Source: Octopus sinensis (Eukaryota). From it: DNA of 64,000 nucleotides. The position numbers and the translations under genes were made by a program. The stretch lies in the NCBI RefSeq assembly GCF_006345805.1, contig NC_043019.1, positions 11,469,360-11,533,359 of the forward strand, given 5' to 3'. This document shows positions 52,926 through 64,000 of the stretch, one piece after another. The notes under the pieces were generated by a model, which searched no databases, was not told the DNA's origin, and saw only the letters and a list, made by a program, of their open reading frames with translations. The first letter of the stretch is position 1; every line of letters starts with the position of its first letter.

Positions 52926-54529
52926 CTGAAAAATGAATATTTAGTCTATTGAATGTAAAAAGAAACAACAGCAACAACATCAACAACAACAATAACAATA
53001 ATCCTGTCTACTATAGGTACAAGACCTGAAATTTTAGTGGCGGGGGGGGGTAGATAGTTGGTTACATCCTCACTAATGCTTAGCTGGTACTAATCTCATT
53101 GAAACCGAAAGGATGAAAGGCAAAGTTGACCTCGGCAAAATTTGAACTTTGCGTGTAAAGACAAACGAAATGGCGCTAAGTATTTTGTCCAGCATGCTAA
53201 CCATTCTGCCAGCGCATCGCCTTAAGAATTATTCCTTTCTGCTATAGACAAAATGCCTGAAATTTTTTTTTTTTTTTTTTTGGTTGGGGGCTCTAGCTGA
53301 TTACATCAACCCCAGTGCATAACTGGTACTTATTTCATCAACTGCCAAAGCAAAATGCAACTCACCGTTTTATCTAGGATGCTAATGATTCTGCCAGCTT
53401 GCCGCCTTCTCAGTTATAATGGTTTCAAATTTTGGCACAAGGCAAGCAATTTCAGAAAAAGGAGATACACCAATTACATCGACCCCCAGTGCTCAACTGG
53501 TACTTATCTTATCAGCCCTGAAGGAAAAGTTGACCTCAGTGGAATTTGAACTCAGAACATGAAGATGGGCAAAATGCTGCTAACGATTCTGCCAGCTTGC
53601 CACATGTTTGTTTAAAGTCCGCTTTCCATGCTAGCATGGGTTGGACGATTTGACTGGGGGCTGGCAAACCAGATCGCTGCACCAGGCTCCAATTTTGATC
53701 TGGCAGAGATTCTACAGCTGGATGCCCTTCCTAACGCCAACCACTCCGAGAGTGTCGTGGGTGCTTTTACGTGCCACCTGCACGGGGGACAGTCGAGCGG
53801 TACTGGCAACGACCTGGCTGTTAATAAAAATAATGAAAATCCTTTCTGCCATAGGCACAAGGCCTGAAATTTGGAGGAAGGATGTGGTGGTGGACCCAAT
53901 ACTTGGCTGGTACTCTTTTTATCAACCCCAAAAGGATGAAAGGCAATGTTGACCTTAGCAGTGTTTCACCTTTGAATGTAAAGATGGATGAAATGATGCT
54001 AACCATTTTGTCTGAGAAGCTAACGATTCTGCCAGTTTTCTACCTTAATAATGAAAATAATAATTCTTTCTTTATTGGCCACAAGAACCACAAAAGTATT
54101 TACAACAATAAAAAGACAGAAAACAGTGGTGAGGTACAAAAAAATGTGTAAAATGTACACGTACATACATACATGCATACATACATACATACATACATCA
54201 TACATACATACATCATACATACATGCATACATACATACATATATACATCATACATACATACGTACGTACATACATACAGGCATGCATACTTACATCACAC
54301 ATACATACATGCATACATACATCACACATACATACATACATACATCATACATACATTACATACATACATATTACATACATACATACATACATACATACAT
54401 GCATACATGCATACATACATACATACATACAGTTACATACATACATACATATTACATACATACATTACATACATACATACATACATACATATTACATACA
54501 TACATACATTACATACATACATACATACA

Positions 54530-54560
<31 letters not shown>

Positions 54561-56527
54561 CATCACTATCATCATCAATTAACATCTGCTTTCCATGGTG
54601 GCATCATTTAGATGGTTTGATTGGGACTGGTAAGCTGGAGAGCTGCACCAGGTTCCAGTCTGATTTTGGCACTGTTTCTACGGCTGGATGCCCTTCCTAA
54701 CACCAACCACTCCAAGAGTGCAACGGGTGCTTTTTACGTGCCACCAGTATGGGTGCCACTTACATGATACTGGCAACAACCATGACTATGATTTCAAGGG
54801 TACAAACACTCAGATATACAGCAGACTTCTTTCAGATTCCATCTACCAAATCTACTCACAAGGCTTTGATCAAGATGCTGTACAGTGGGACTGAACCCAA
54901 GACCACATGGTTGGGAAGCAAGTTTAAACCACATAGCCATGCCATATATTATGTACACACACACACACACAAACACACACACTCGTGTGTATATTACATG
55001 ATCATATGACTGACCAGGCTATCAGATGTTGTTACACATCGCTAGTCACAATGTGCTTTGCATAATTTTAGCCTTCAAATGATTCCACCCAACAGGTTAC
55101 GCAAGTGGGCCAACATTTCCCTGATTGAAAAGGGGGCCTGGAGCAACATGAAATGAAGTGTTTTGCTCAAGAATACAATGTGCTGCTCTGACTGGGAATC
55201 AAACCTACGATCTAGCAGTCATGACTGTAACAGCCTGACCACTAGGCCACACACCTTTACATATACATGCATACATATACATACATATACATACCTATAC
55301 ATACATACATATACATATACATACATACATATACATACATATACATATAAATACATACATATACATACATATACATATACATATATACATATACATATAC
55401 ATACATATACATACATACATATACATATACATACATATACATACATACATATACATATACATACATACAAGGGGAAGTAAAAAATTATCCACTTTCACCA
55501 TAGCATATCTTTATTATTGCCACACTGCTTTCTGTGCACGCGTGCTTATAGTTGGTGCAATATAGTCCCGTGATCAAAGTTTGAGCCTGATCGCACCATT
55601 TTTCTTTCTGGTTTTACAGTGTAAGCCTGGCTGCTCCACTAGCAGTGTGCACCACAGAAGAACAAACAAAGAGCAGAGATCTGATTTCTCTGGTTGGAAG
55701 GTGTGTCATCATCATCATCGTTTAGTGTCCACTTTCCATGTTAGCATGGGTTGGACAATTCGACTGGGGTCTGGGAAACCAGAAGGCTGCACCAGGCCCA
55801 GTCTGATCTGGCAATGTTTCTATGGCTGGATGCCCTTCCTAATGCCAACCACTCTGAGAGTGTAGTGGGTGCTTTTTACGTGCTACTGGCACAGGTGCCA
55901 GACGAGGCTGGCAAACGGCCACGATCGGATGGTGCTTGTTACGTGCCACCAGCACGGGGGCCAAGCGAGGCTGGCAAACGGCCATGATCGGATGGTACTT
56001 GTTACGTGCCACCGGCATGGGGGCCAAGCGAGGCTGGCAAACGGCCACGATCAGATAGTGCTTGTTACGTGCCACCGGCATGGGTGCCAGGCGAGGCTGG
56101 CAAACGGCCATGATCGGATTGTGCTTTTTACGTGCCACCAGCACGGGGGTCAGGTGAGGCTGGCAGATGCTGAAATTCATTGGAGGCTTTTAGCACAATA
56201 CGAGGACAGTGCACAACCGCATAGAAGTGTGTACAAGTGGATCGAGTAGTTTAAAAGTGGCCGGACAAGTGTGATGCACAAAGAGGGAGCAGGACACCTT
56301 TCAACCTCCACCACTGATGAGATGGTGATGGTGAACTGGTTCACCATAACCATCTCTAGGATCACTAATCTTTGTTTTTCTTTGGTTAACATTACTAGTG
56401 GAGTGGCCATACTTTCACTGTAAAGCCAGAAAGGAAAATGGTGTGATGAGGCTCAAAACTTCGATCACGTAACCACAAAAGTGCCAACTATATGCATGCA
56501 GAAAGCAGTGTGACAATAATGAAGATA

Positions 56528-57009
56528 GGATCTTTTCGGTTTGAACAGCAATTTTTAACATAATTTCTAGGTAACTAAAAAACTTATATCTAGGCATGCC
56601 TAGAATAAGGATGGGATCTTTTCGGTTTGAACGGCAGTTTTTAATAATGATTTCCACGTAACTAAAAAGTTTTAAACTTCGTATACTGGTAGAATGTGTT
56701 TATTGAGAAAATTCTATAGTTTCTAAGATATTTGTTTTTTTTTCTTTAATTTCTGCAATTTCAACCAATCACTGACGTCTATTGAGGTAAAAAGCATTCT
56801 GTGCTGTATGAATATGTCCCTCGTTTAAGAAACAGATCGGGTTTATTTACATTTGTGAATAAAAAAAGATACCCTTCCCCCCACCCCTAACCCTAACCCT
56901 AACCCTAAAATAGATTGAAATGCAATAGATCGATACTAGGGTCATAATTATGGGTGACAATTTCATATGACACCGCTAGAAAAAACTGCGGTTCAAACCG
57001 AAAAGATCC
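56528..57009. mobile_element. Non-autonomous TIR element with duplicated left end and internal (CCCTAA)4
   Basis: ggatcttttcggtttgaac(a/g)gca at 56528 and 56614; inverse ...gcggttcaaaccgaaaagatcc ending 57009. A related fragment lies at about 12600-12720. Confidence 0.6.
56885..56908 (-). repeat. Interstitial telomere-type repeat (TTAGGG)4
   Basis: ccctaa x4 inside the TIR element. Confidence 0.8.
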
Positions 57010-57095
57010 ATAAAGATATGTGATGTAGAAAGTGTGGATAATTTTTTACTTCCCTTCATATATATGGAAGAAAAACTAATGATGTATGCTGGTAC

Positions 57096-57235
57096 CTGAA
57101 ATTTATCCTTCCTGTTGTAAATGACAGAATTGAAGTCAGAATAGTCAATAACCGTTTGGGGGACAGTCTTACTCTCCAGGGATAACCTAACCAGCACCTG
57201 AGGCAGTTTACTCACTGTACTCCATGAAGTGCTGT
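57096..57235 (-). CDS. Membrane protein gene exon (repeat 1, end)
   Basis: tttattttgcag|AC...CAG|GTACCA; (D)STSWSTVSKLPQVLVRL...DYSDF...DKFQ; 140 nt, phase 1 to 0. Confidence 0.87.
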
Positions 57236-57339
57236 CTGCAAAATAAAAAGAAAGACCAGAGATTACATTCAAACAAATCATTAGACATGAAAGCCATCCA
57301 TATACATTATCATTTTTCATCTCTGTACATGGCTTGTAT

Positions 57340-57600
57340 AGCTCTCACCAACTACTCGGCTATCCCTAGCTTCTGCACTGACCGCCAGATAAGGGAGCAG
57401 GGTACTCTGTCAAAGGCTTTCTTCATGTCGACAAAAGCCAGGTATAAAAGCTTATTTTTGGCTAGATATTTCTCCTGCAGTTGTCTAACTAGGAATATAG
57501 CATCAGTCATGCTCCTGCCTGGTACAAATCCAAACTGCATCTCATCTACATTAACTCTCTTCCCAATTAATTGAGTTATGATCCTTTCTGTGACTTCTTC
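57340..57600 (-). mobile_element. RTE reverse transcriptase fragment
   Basis: QFGFVPGRSMTDAIFLVRQLQEKY...LYLAFVDMKKAFDRVP (RT motifs). Confidence 0.88.
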
Positions 57601-58007
57601 TGTACATATGGAGGGCAGAAGGGGGACCTCATTTCTTTGGGTACAACACCTGCACCCATAATGACCCTAAAGATGGCACTGATCATGGATGTGCATGATC
57701 AGAGTTAAGCTGGGAGTAAACTTAGACTTAGGTCTCTAATAAAACCTGGGACTCATAAGACCAGAGTACGAGGAACTGAAACACTAGTTTGTTGGAGGAT
57801 TAAGATCTCCACTATTGTTGGAACTCATTTACAGCCAAATGAATTGGAGCAGCATGAAATGAAGGGTCCTGCTCAAGAACATAATGCACTATCCATTCTG
57901 GGAATTGAAATCACAATCATGCTTTCATGAGTGCAATACCCTAACCACAAGGCCATGGGCTAAACTACAAAAACAACAAAAAAAAAAGAAAATTTTTTTG
58001 AATAAAT

Positions 58008-58430
58008 AGGCGCAGGAGTGGCTGTGTGGTAAGTAGCTTGTTTACCAACCACATGGTTCCGGGTTCAGTCCCACTGCGTGGCACCTTGGGTTAGTGTCTT
58101 CTACTATAGCCTCGGGCCGACCAAAGCCTTGTGAGTGGATTTGGTAGATGGAAACTGAAAGAAGCCCGTCGTATATATGTATATATGTATATATATGCGT
58201 GTGTGCGTGTTTGTGTGTCTGTGTTTGTACCCCTAGCATTGCTTGACAACCGATGCTGGTGTGTTTATGTCCCCGTTACTTAGCGGTTCGGCAAAAAGAG
58301 ACCGATAGAATAAGTACTGGGCTTACAAAAAAGAATAAGTCCCGGGGTCGAGCTGCTCGATTAAAGGCGGTGCTCCAGCATGGCCGCAGTCAAATGACTG
58401 AAACAAGTAAAAGAGTAAAAGAGTAAAGAG
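58008..58430 (+). mobile_element. tRNA-derived SINE, family A (representative copy)
   Basis: A box TGGCTGTGTGG, B box GGTTCAGTCCC, central (TA)n, 3' (TAAAAGAG)n tail. Other copies: + at about 290, 1581, 2528, 30879, 40087, 45503, 46145, 49872; - at about 21195-21590, 28265-28663, 37190-37590. Confidence 0.85.
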
Positions 58431-58445
58431 TAAAATAGTAAATAC

Positions 58446-58688
58446 CAGTAAAAGACACATTAACGGACACCACTTCATCAGTGTCTATCAGTTTCTTAGT
58501 TGACCAGGTTTTGCATTTAATTCCCCGGATAGTTGAGCGACCCAAGAAGGTATAATCATAGTCACCATTCATCATAAGAGAGGCAGATGGCGATGCTATG
58601 TCAATTAGGCCTCCCTTCTTCAATGTGAAATCACTGTCGAACCGTTTTGGAGAAACCGTCAGATTGAAGTCCACAGGACACACACTTG
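58446..58688 (-). CDS. Membrane protein gene exon (repeat 1)
   Basis: ctctgctttcag|CA...ACTG|GTATTT; (T)SVCPVDF...[17 protein letters not shown]...VNVSFT; 243 nt, phase 1-1. Confidence 0.88.
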
Positions 58689-58859
58689 CTGAAAGCAGAG
58701 AAAAATGAAGAAGAATGATCACAATGATTATGATGGTGAGGAGGAGGAGAAAACAATGAGAGGGGGAGAGAGAAGAGAGAGAGGAGAGTGATAGAGAGAG
58801 AGAGAGAGAGAGAGACAGATGGATGGACAGACAGGCAGGCAGGCAGATAGATAGATAGA

Positions 58860-58931
58860 CAAACAGACAGATAGATTGATAGATTAATAGATAGATTGAT
58901 AGATAGATAGATAGATAAATGGATAGATAGG

Positions 58932-58991
<60 letters not shown>

Positions 58992-58993
58992 AG

Positions 58994-59030
<37 letters not shown>

Positions 59031-59033
59031 ATG

Positions 59034-59130
<97 letters not shown>

Positions 59131-59132
59131 AG

Positions 59133-59166
<34 letters not shown>

Positions 59167-59168
59167 AG

Positions 59169-59217
<49 letters not shown>

Positions 59218-59220
59218 ATG

Positions 59221-59309
<89 letters not shown>

Positions 59310-59311
59310 AG

Positions 59312-59352
<41 letters not shown>

Positions 59353-59355
59353 ATG

Positions 59356-59393
<38 letters not shown>

Positions 59394-59400
59394 AGATAGA
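58860..59400. repeat. Long (ATAG)n microsatellite (representative of many)
   Basis: Other long tracts: (TAA)n 925-1055 and 39540-39960; (TAC/CAC/TGC)n 24155-24470; GA-rich 29770-30300; (GAAA)n 35940-36135; (GAT/GGT)n 40640-40950; (TACA)n 54160-54565; many (TA)n. Confidence 0.97.
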
Positions 59401-59697
59401 TAGGCATGGACATGGCTGTGTGTTGTGTTCTTGAGCAAGACACTTTATTTCACGTTGCTCCAGTTCACTCAGCTGTAGAAATGGGTTGCGACATTACAGG
59501 TGCCAAGCTGTAGTGATGGAGATCAAGAATAGATGACAACTGTAGAGTTTGGGTAGGGTTGTAGGGTGGACATAATGAACAGTAGTAGATAAAGGGTGAG
59601 GTGGGGACAAGGGGTGACAGACAGACAGAGACAGAAAAACGCTGGAAAACAGAAAGAATATAAGAGGGAAAAAATCTTTGAAAATAAGCAAGCTTAC

Positions 59698-59913
59698 TTC
59701 TTGTTTTTAACTTCATTTCCACCTTAACGAACATATTGTGAATAAAATCAAAGAGAGATTCAAACACCCACTCTTTATTCGAACGCCATATTGACATCAT
59801 ATGCACATCATGGTCGTAATATTTCATATAGTTTCCCAACTTGGTTTTGCCATATTCAGTTTCTTCAACTCGCAAAGAATATGTTGTTGGCACTGTAAAG
59901 CTAAATGGTATTC
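59698..59913 (-). CDS. Membrane protein gene exon (repeat 1, start)
   Basis: ttttatttcccag|GA...AGAA|GTAAGC; (G)IPFSFTVPTTYSLRVEE...YYDHD...VEMKLKTR; 216 nt, phase 1-1. Confidence 0.9.
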
Positions 59914-59985
59914 CTGGGAAATAAAAGAGAAAGTGATAAATCAAATCAGGACCATGTGGTGTATGTGTGTGGCTGGGTGTACAAG

Positions 59986-60477
59986 TACATGACATGCATA
60001 AGATCTGGTCATTAAATCTAAGTAGAGACTTCAAACTTGAAATCTTCAAAGCCACAGTCGAACCAATTCTACTATATGGCTCAGAAACCTGGACGTTATC
60101 AAAGAAGCTTGAGAGGCAGTTGGATGGAACCTACACTCGCCTCCTTATGAGAGCTCAAAATCTCTCGTGGAAGTGTCATCCAACCAAAATGCAAATATAT
60201 GGGAAACTACCACCTGTGTCATCTCTTGTGAAAGGTAGGAGAATCCAGTTTGCTGGACATTGTTGTAGAGCTGAAAAAGAGGTAATTTCTACTCTCCTCC
60301 TCTGGAAGCCATCTACTCGCAATATCAGAGGGCGCACACTCTCCTACCCTGATGTAATCTCCAGGGATACAGGCATCCAGCAACAGGACCTCCGTAATGC
60401 CATGATGGACTGTGAAGTCTAGCGTAGCATGGTAAATTCCATTGTCTCGACCATGGTCGAACAATAATGATGATGAT
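59986..60477 (+). mobile_element. LINE 3' fragment with 11-bp TSD
   Basis: FKATVEPILLYGSETWTL...RRIQFAGHC. TSD gggtgtacaag at 59975-59985 and 60478-60488. A second copy lies at about 7150-7420. Confidence 0.85.
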
Positions 60478-60810
60478 GGGTGTACAAGAAATAAAGGTTT
60501 TCTTACAATAGGGTACCCTATGATAAGGGTACTTATACATTTCTGTAAGGGTACCTTACAGGTTCTCTTTTGTAAGAGCATCATGTGGTGTATGTGGCTG
60601 GGTGTACAAGAAATAAAGGTTTTTCTTACAATAGGGTACCCTATGATAAGGGTACTTATACATTTCTATAAGGGTACCTTACAGGTTCTCTTTTGTAAGA
60701 GCATCATGTGGTGTATTTGTGAGGCAGGGTGTACAAGAAATAAAGGTTTTCTTACAATAGGGTACCCTATGATAAGGGTACTTATACATTTCTATAAGTG
60801 TACCTTACAG
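60478..60810. repeat. Tandem repeat of about 122-127 bp, three copies
   Basis: Units start at 60478, 60600 and 60727; a partial unit lies at 59953-59985. Confidence 0.85.
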
Positions 60811-61453
60811 CACCAGTACTGATTCTGCTGTGATAGATAGGTCTTCTTGAGTACAACAAGGGACCAAATATCTCAGCCCTTAGCCATTTCCTTCGTAAGG
60901 GTCAGTGTCTAGAGATCAGTCTTCATTACTTCATCCCTTGGCTTCCTGGGTCTCCCACTTTCATAAGTTCCATCCACTTTAAGTAATTGGCTCTTCTATA
61001 TGCAACTGTCTGTATCCATACATAATGTTTACATTTAATTCCAGAGGGTGGCAGAAAGACAGAAATAGCAACTGGTGGTGGTGGTGGTGGTGGTGACAGT
61101 GATGATGATAGTTGTGGTGGTGGTGGGGGCGGTCATGGCGGCGGCAGCAGCAGTGGAGATGGTAATGATGATAGTAGTCCTAATGGTGTTAGTGGCAGTA
61201 GTGGTTGTAGAAGTAGTGGCAGGAGTAGTGACAGTGGTAGTGGTGGTGGTGGTGGTGGTGTTGGCAATTGTGATGGTGGTAGTGGCAGTGTTAGTGACAG
61301 CGATGGTGATGATGACGATGATGATGATGATGATGATAATTATGATGGTAATGGTTGTTGTGATGGTGATCGCTGTGGTGGTGGTGGTGGTGGTAGTGCT
61401 TCAGTACGATGGTCATTGCATGATGTAAACTGAGGCGAATGGATTTCACTTAC

Positions 61454-61532
61454 CTTTCTCTGCTTCAGTGACATCACAGAGAAGAACAACAAGCAGCAGA
61501 GACACAGGAAAGAAACGACTTCTTTTCAAGAC
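61454..61532 (-). CDS. Membrane protein gene: signal-peptide exon
   Basis: gcattcccag|GTC...AAAG|GTAAGT; VLKRSRFFPVSLLLVVLLCDVTEAEK, phase 0 to 1. No in-frame ATG inside the exon. Confidence 0.8.
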
Positions 61533-61593
61533 CTGGGAATGCAACAACACATTGAATTGTATTAGCATTGTTGTTATTGTTGCTGCTGTTCCT

Positions 61594-62697
61594 TATTTCT
61601 TTATTGCCCACAAAGGGCTAAACACAGAGGGGACAAACAAGGACAGACAAACGGATTAAGGCGATTACATCGACCCCAGTGCGTAACTGGTACTTAATTT
61701 ATTGACCCCGTAAGGATGAAAGGCAAAATCGACCTCGGTGGAATTTGAACTCAGGATGTAACGGCAGATGAAATACCTATTTCTTTACTACCCACAAGGG
61801 GCTAAATACAGAGAGGACAAACAAGGACAGACAAATGGATTAAGTCGATTACATCGACCCCAGTGCGTAACTGGTACTTAATTTATTGACCCCGTAAGGA
61901 TGAAAGGCAAAGTCGACCTCGACGGAATTTGAACTCAGAACATAACAGCAGACGAAATACTTATTTCTTTACTACCCACAAAGGGCTAAACATAGAGGGG
62001 ACAAACAAGGACAGACAAATGGATTAAGTTGATTACATTGACCCCAGTGCATAACTGGTACTTAATTTATCAACCCCGAAAGGATGAAAGGCAAAGTCGA
62101 CCTCGGTGCAATTTGAACTCAGAACGTAACAGCAGACGAAATACCTATTTCTTTACTACCCACAAGGGGCTAAACATACAGGGGACAAACAGGGACAGAC
62201 AAACGGATTAAGTTGATTACATCGACCTCCAGTGCGTAACTGGTACTTAATTTATCAACCCCCGAAAGGATGAAAGGCAAAGTCGACCTCGGCGGAATTT
62301 GAACTCGGAACGTAACGACAGACGAAATACCTATTTCTTTATTACCCCCCACAAGGGGCTAAACACAGAGGCGACAAACAAGGACAGACAAAGGGATTAA
62401 GTCGATTACATCGACCCCCAGTGCGTAACTGGTACTTAATTTATCAACCCCCGAAAGGATGAAAGGCAAAGTCGACCTCGGCGGAATTTGAACTCGGAAC
62501 GTAACGACAGACGAAATACCTATTTCTTTATTCCCCCCACAAGGGGCTAAACACAGAGGCGAAAAACAAGGACAGACAAATGGATTAAGTCGATTACATC
62601 GACCCCCAGTGCGTAACTGGTACTTAATTTATCGACCCCCGAAAGGATGAAAGGCAAAGTCGACCTCGGCGGAATTTGAACTCAGAACGTAATGGCA
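61594..62697 (-). repeat. Tandem array of six 5'-truncated family-B SINE units (about 185 bp)
   Basis: The unit start tatttcttta.. recurs at about 61594, 61777, 61960, 62144, 62331 and 62520. Confidence 0.85.
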
Positions 62698-62936
62698 TGT
62701 TTTGGATGTATGTGTCTCTAAAACAAAACTGGATCTCATCCTGTCAAGGGACTCAGATGAGCCTATCCCAAGACAGGAAACACAGATGAGGGCAGCAGCA
62801 TCAAACTCTCCCTCATTCACCAAATGTCATATATCAGGGGCAGTTTCAAATAATGAAGATGTAACAAAACCAATGGTGGTGCTCCAGCATGACCGCAGTT
62901 TTTGAGCTGAAACTAGTTAAAGAGTTAAACACACAT

Positions 62937-62971
<35 letters not shown>

Positions 62972-63197
62972 AATATATATGAACATACATCCCACTGGGG
63001 ATGACAACTAATACTTAAGGCGGTACTCCAGCATGGCCACAGTCAAATGATTGAAACAAGTAAAAGAATAAAAAAATAAAAGAATATATATACATACGTA
63101 CATAAATATATACATCTAAATATATAGATAAATATATACATATCTATATAGATATATAAATATATATATATATATACATAATCATACACATATATAA

Positions 63198-63233
<36 letters not shown>

Positions 63234-64000
63234 TGTGTACAGTGCTCAGGTGCATTACAACTCTCATCTAAAGTGTATATATAATCAGGTGTAGTTTCGG
63301 CGGATATAAATGTGTGTGCATGTATGTGTGTGTGTGTGTACCATATTTGATGGCATAAAAGATACACAGACCCACCCCAAATATCAGCAGTGAAGATCCA
63401 AGGAAAAATGTATTGAAGGCATTAAAGCTTATGGGAGGCCACATTTTATATATAGGGCCAGGGGTGATATTTTAAAAATTTTTGGGGGAAAAAAAAGGCG
63501 TATCATTAAATATAATAATAATTTCTTTTAGAGAGTATCCTGAGATATCGAATGAATTTCAAGGATTCTTCATGAAGAAAATGGTTGGGAAACCATCCAT
63601 TAGATCACATAGACCTTCTCTGGCAACCCTTGAAAAACAATGAACCAAAACCAGATCGTCACAGATGGAATGCCTTTGATTTTTAAGGGTCTCCATCATC
63701 ATGGTTGTTAATGAGACAAAATAATTGCAACAAAAGATAACCAACGAAGATTAATAAAAAAAAAATATGAGAAGATGAGAACAAAATGGTTAAATGTGAA
63801 AGACTTTAAAAAACATTCAAATCCACTAACCTGCATAATTGTTATTTACTGTGGGTTTTGTTTTTATTTTCTTTGCAAAGAATGACGATTTAGGTGTGTA
63901 AGGAGGGCCGAAAGACAAACACCAATGAGGAGGAACAAAGGTTGTGTTGTACAGGTGTGATGGACTTATCAACACTGCTACACACATTGTGATAATGTAC

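Larger units (their letters stand above)
55468..57058. mobile_element. Palindromic mariner derivative (two left ends) with nested insertions
   Basis: TA|CAAGGGGAAGTAAAAAATTATCCAC at the left and its near-complement before TA at the right. Mariner N-terminal and HTH remnants on both strands. Central 18-bp hairpin at 56319-56356. Confidence 0.75.
24650..61532 (-). other. Gene model: type I membrane glycoprotein with two ependymin/LolA-like repeats (14 coding exons found, 5' end missing)
   Basis: The 14 exons total 1941 nt = 646 aa plus stop. All introns are GT-AG and all phases match. Confidence 0.9.

Noticed and set aside
56885-56908. True telomere or chromosome end
   Set aside because: Only four repeats, internal to a TIR element.
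58390-58445. Exon extension GIYYFTL after 58446
   Set aside because: It looks like the family YYF motif but runs into a SINE and a stop. Splicing at 58446 keeps phase and aligns VSFT with YYFA of repeat 2.

Overview
Eukaryotic, AT-rich, repeat-saturated genomic DNA. The SINE families and microsatellite load look like a coleoid cephalopod, probably Octopus (inference; no search run). Almost all of the six-frame ORF track is noise from microsatellites and repeats. By following splice sites by hand I find two intron-containing genes, both on the minus strand. (1) WASH1/WASHC1, an Arp2/3 activator: 3 coding exons (16041-15521, 12164-11956, 11040-10272). As given, the last exon has a 1-nt frameshift at about 10390 that separates the conserved acidic tail from the rest of the protein. 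(2) A 14-exon gene (61532 down to 24650; start codon not found, probably beyond the window). It encodes a 646+ aa type I membrane protein: signal peptide, two ependymin/LolA-like repeats, a possible SEA-like domain, a microsatellite-encoded Ser/Thr stalk, one TM helix and a short tail. All 13 junctions are GT-AG and phase-compatible. The rest is tRNA-derived SINEs, RTE/CR1-type LINE fragments, Tc1/mariner, pogo, hAT and piggyBac MITEs, Helitron-like elements, minisatellites and several long foldback palindromes. Highlights: a Penelope-type inverted repeat carrying two minimal hammerhead-ribozyme motifs inside a WASH intron, and a palindromic mariner derivative made of two left ends. Repeat coordinates are approximate (about +/-10 nt); exon coordinates were counted to the base.
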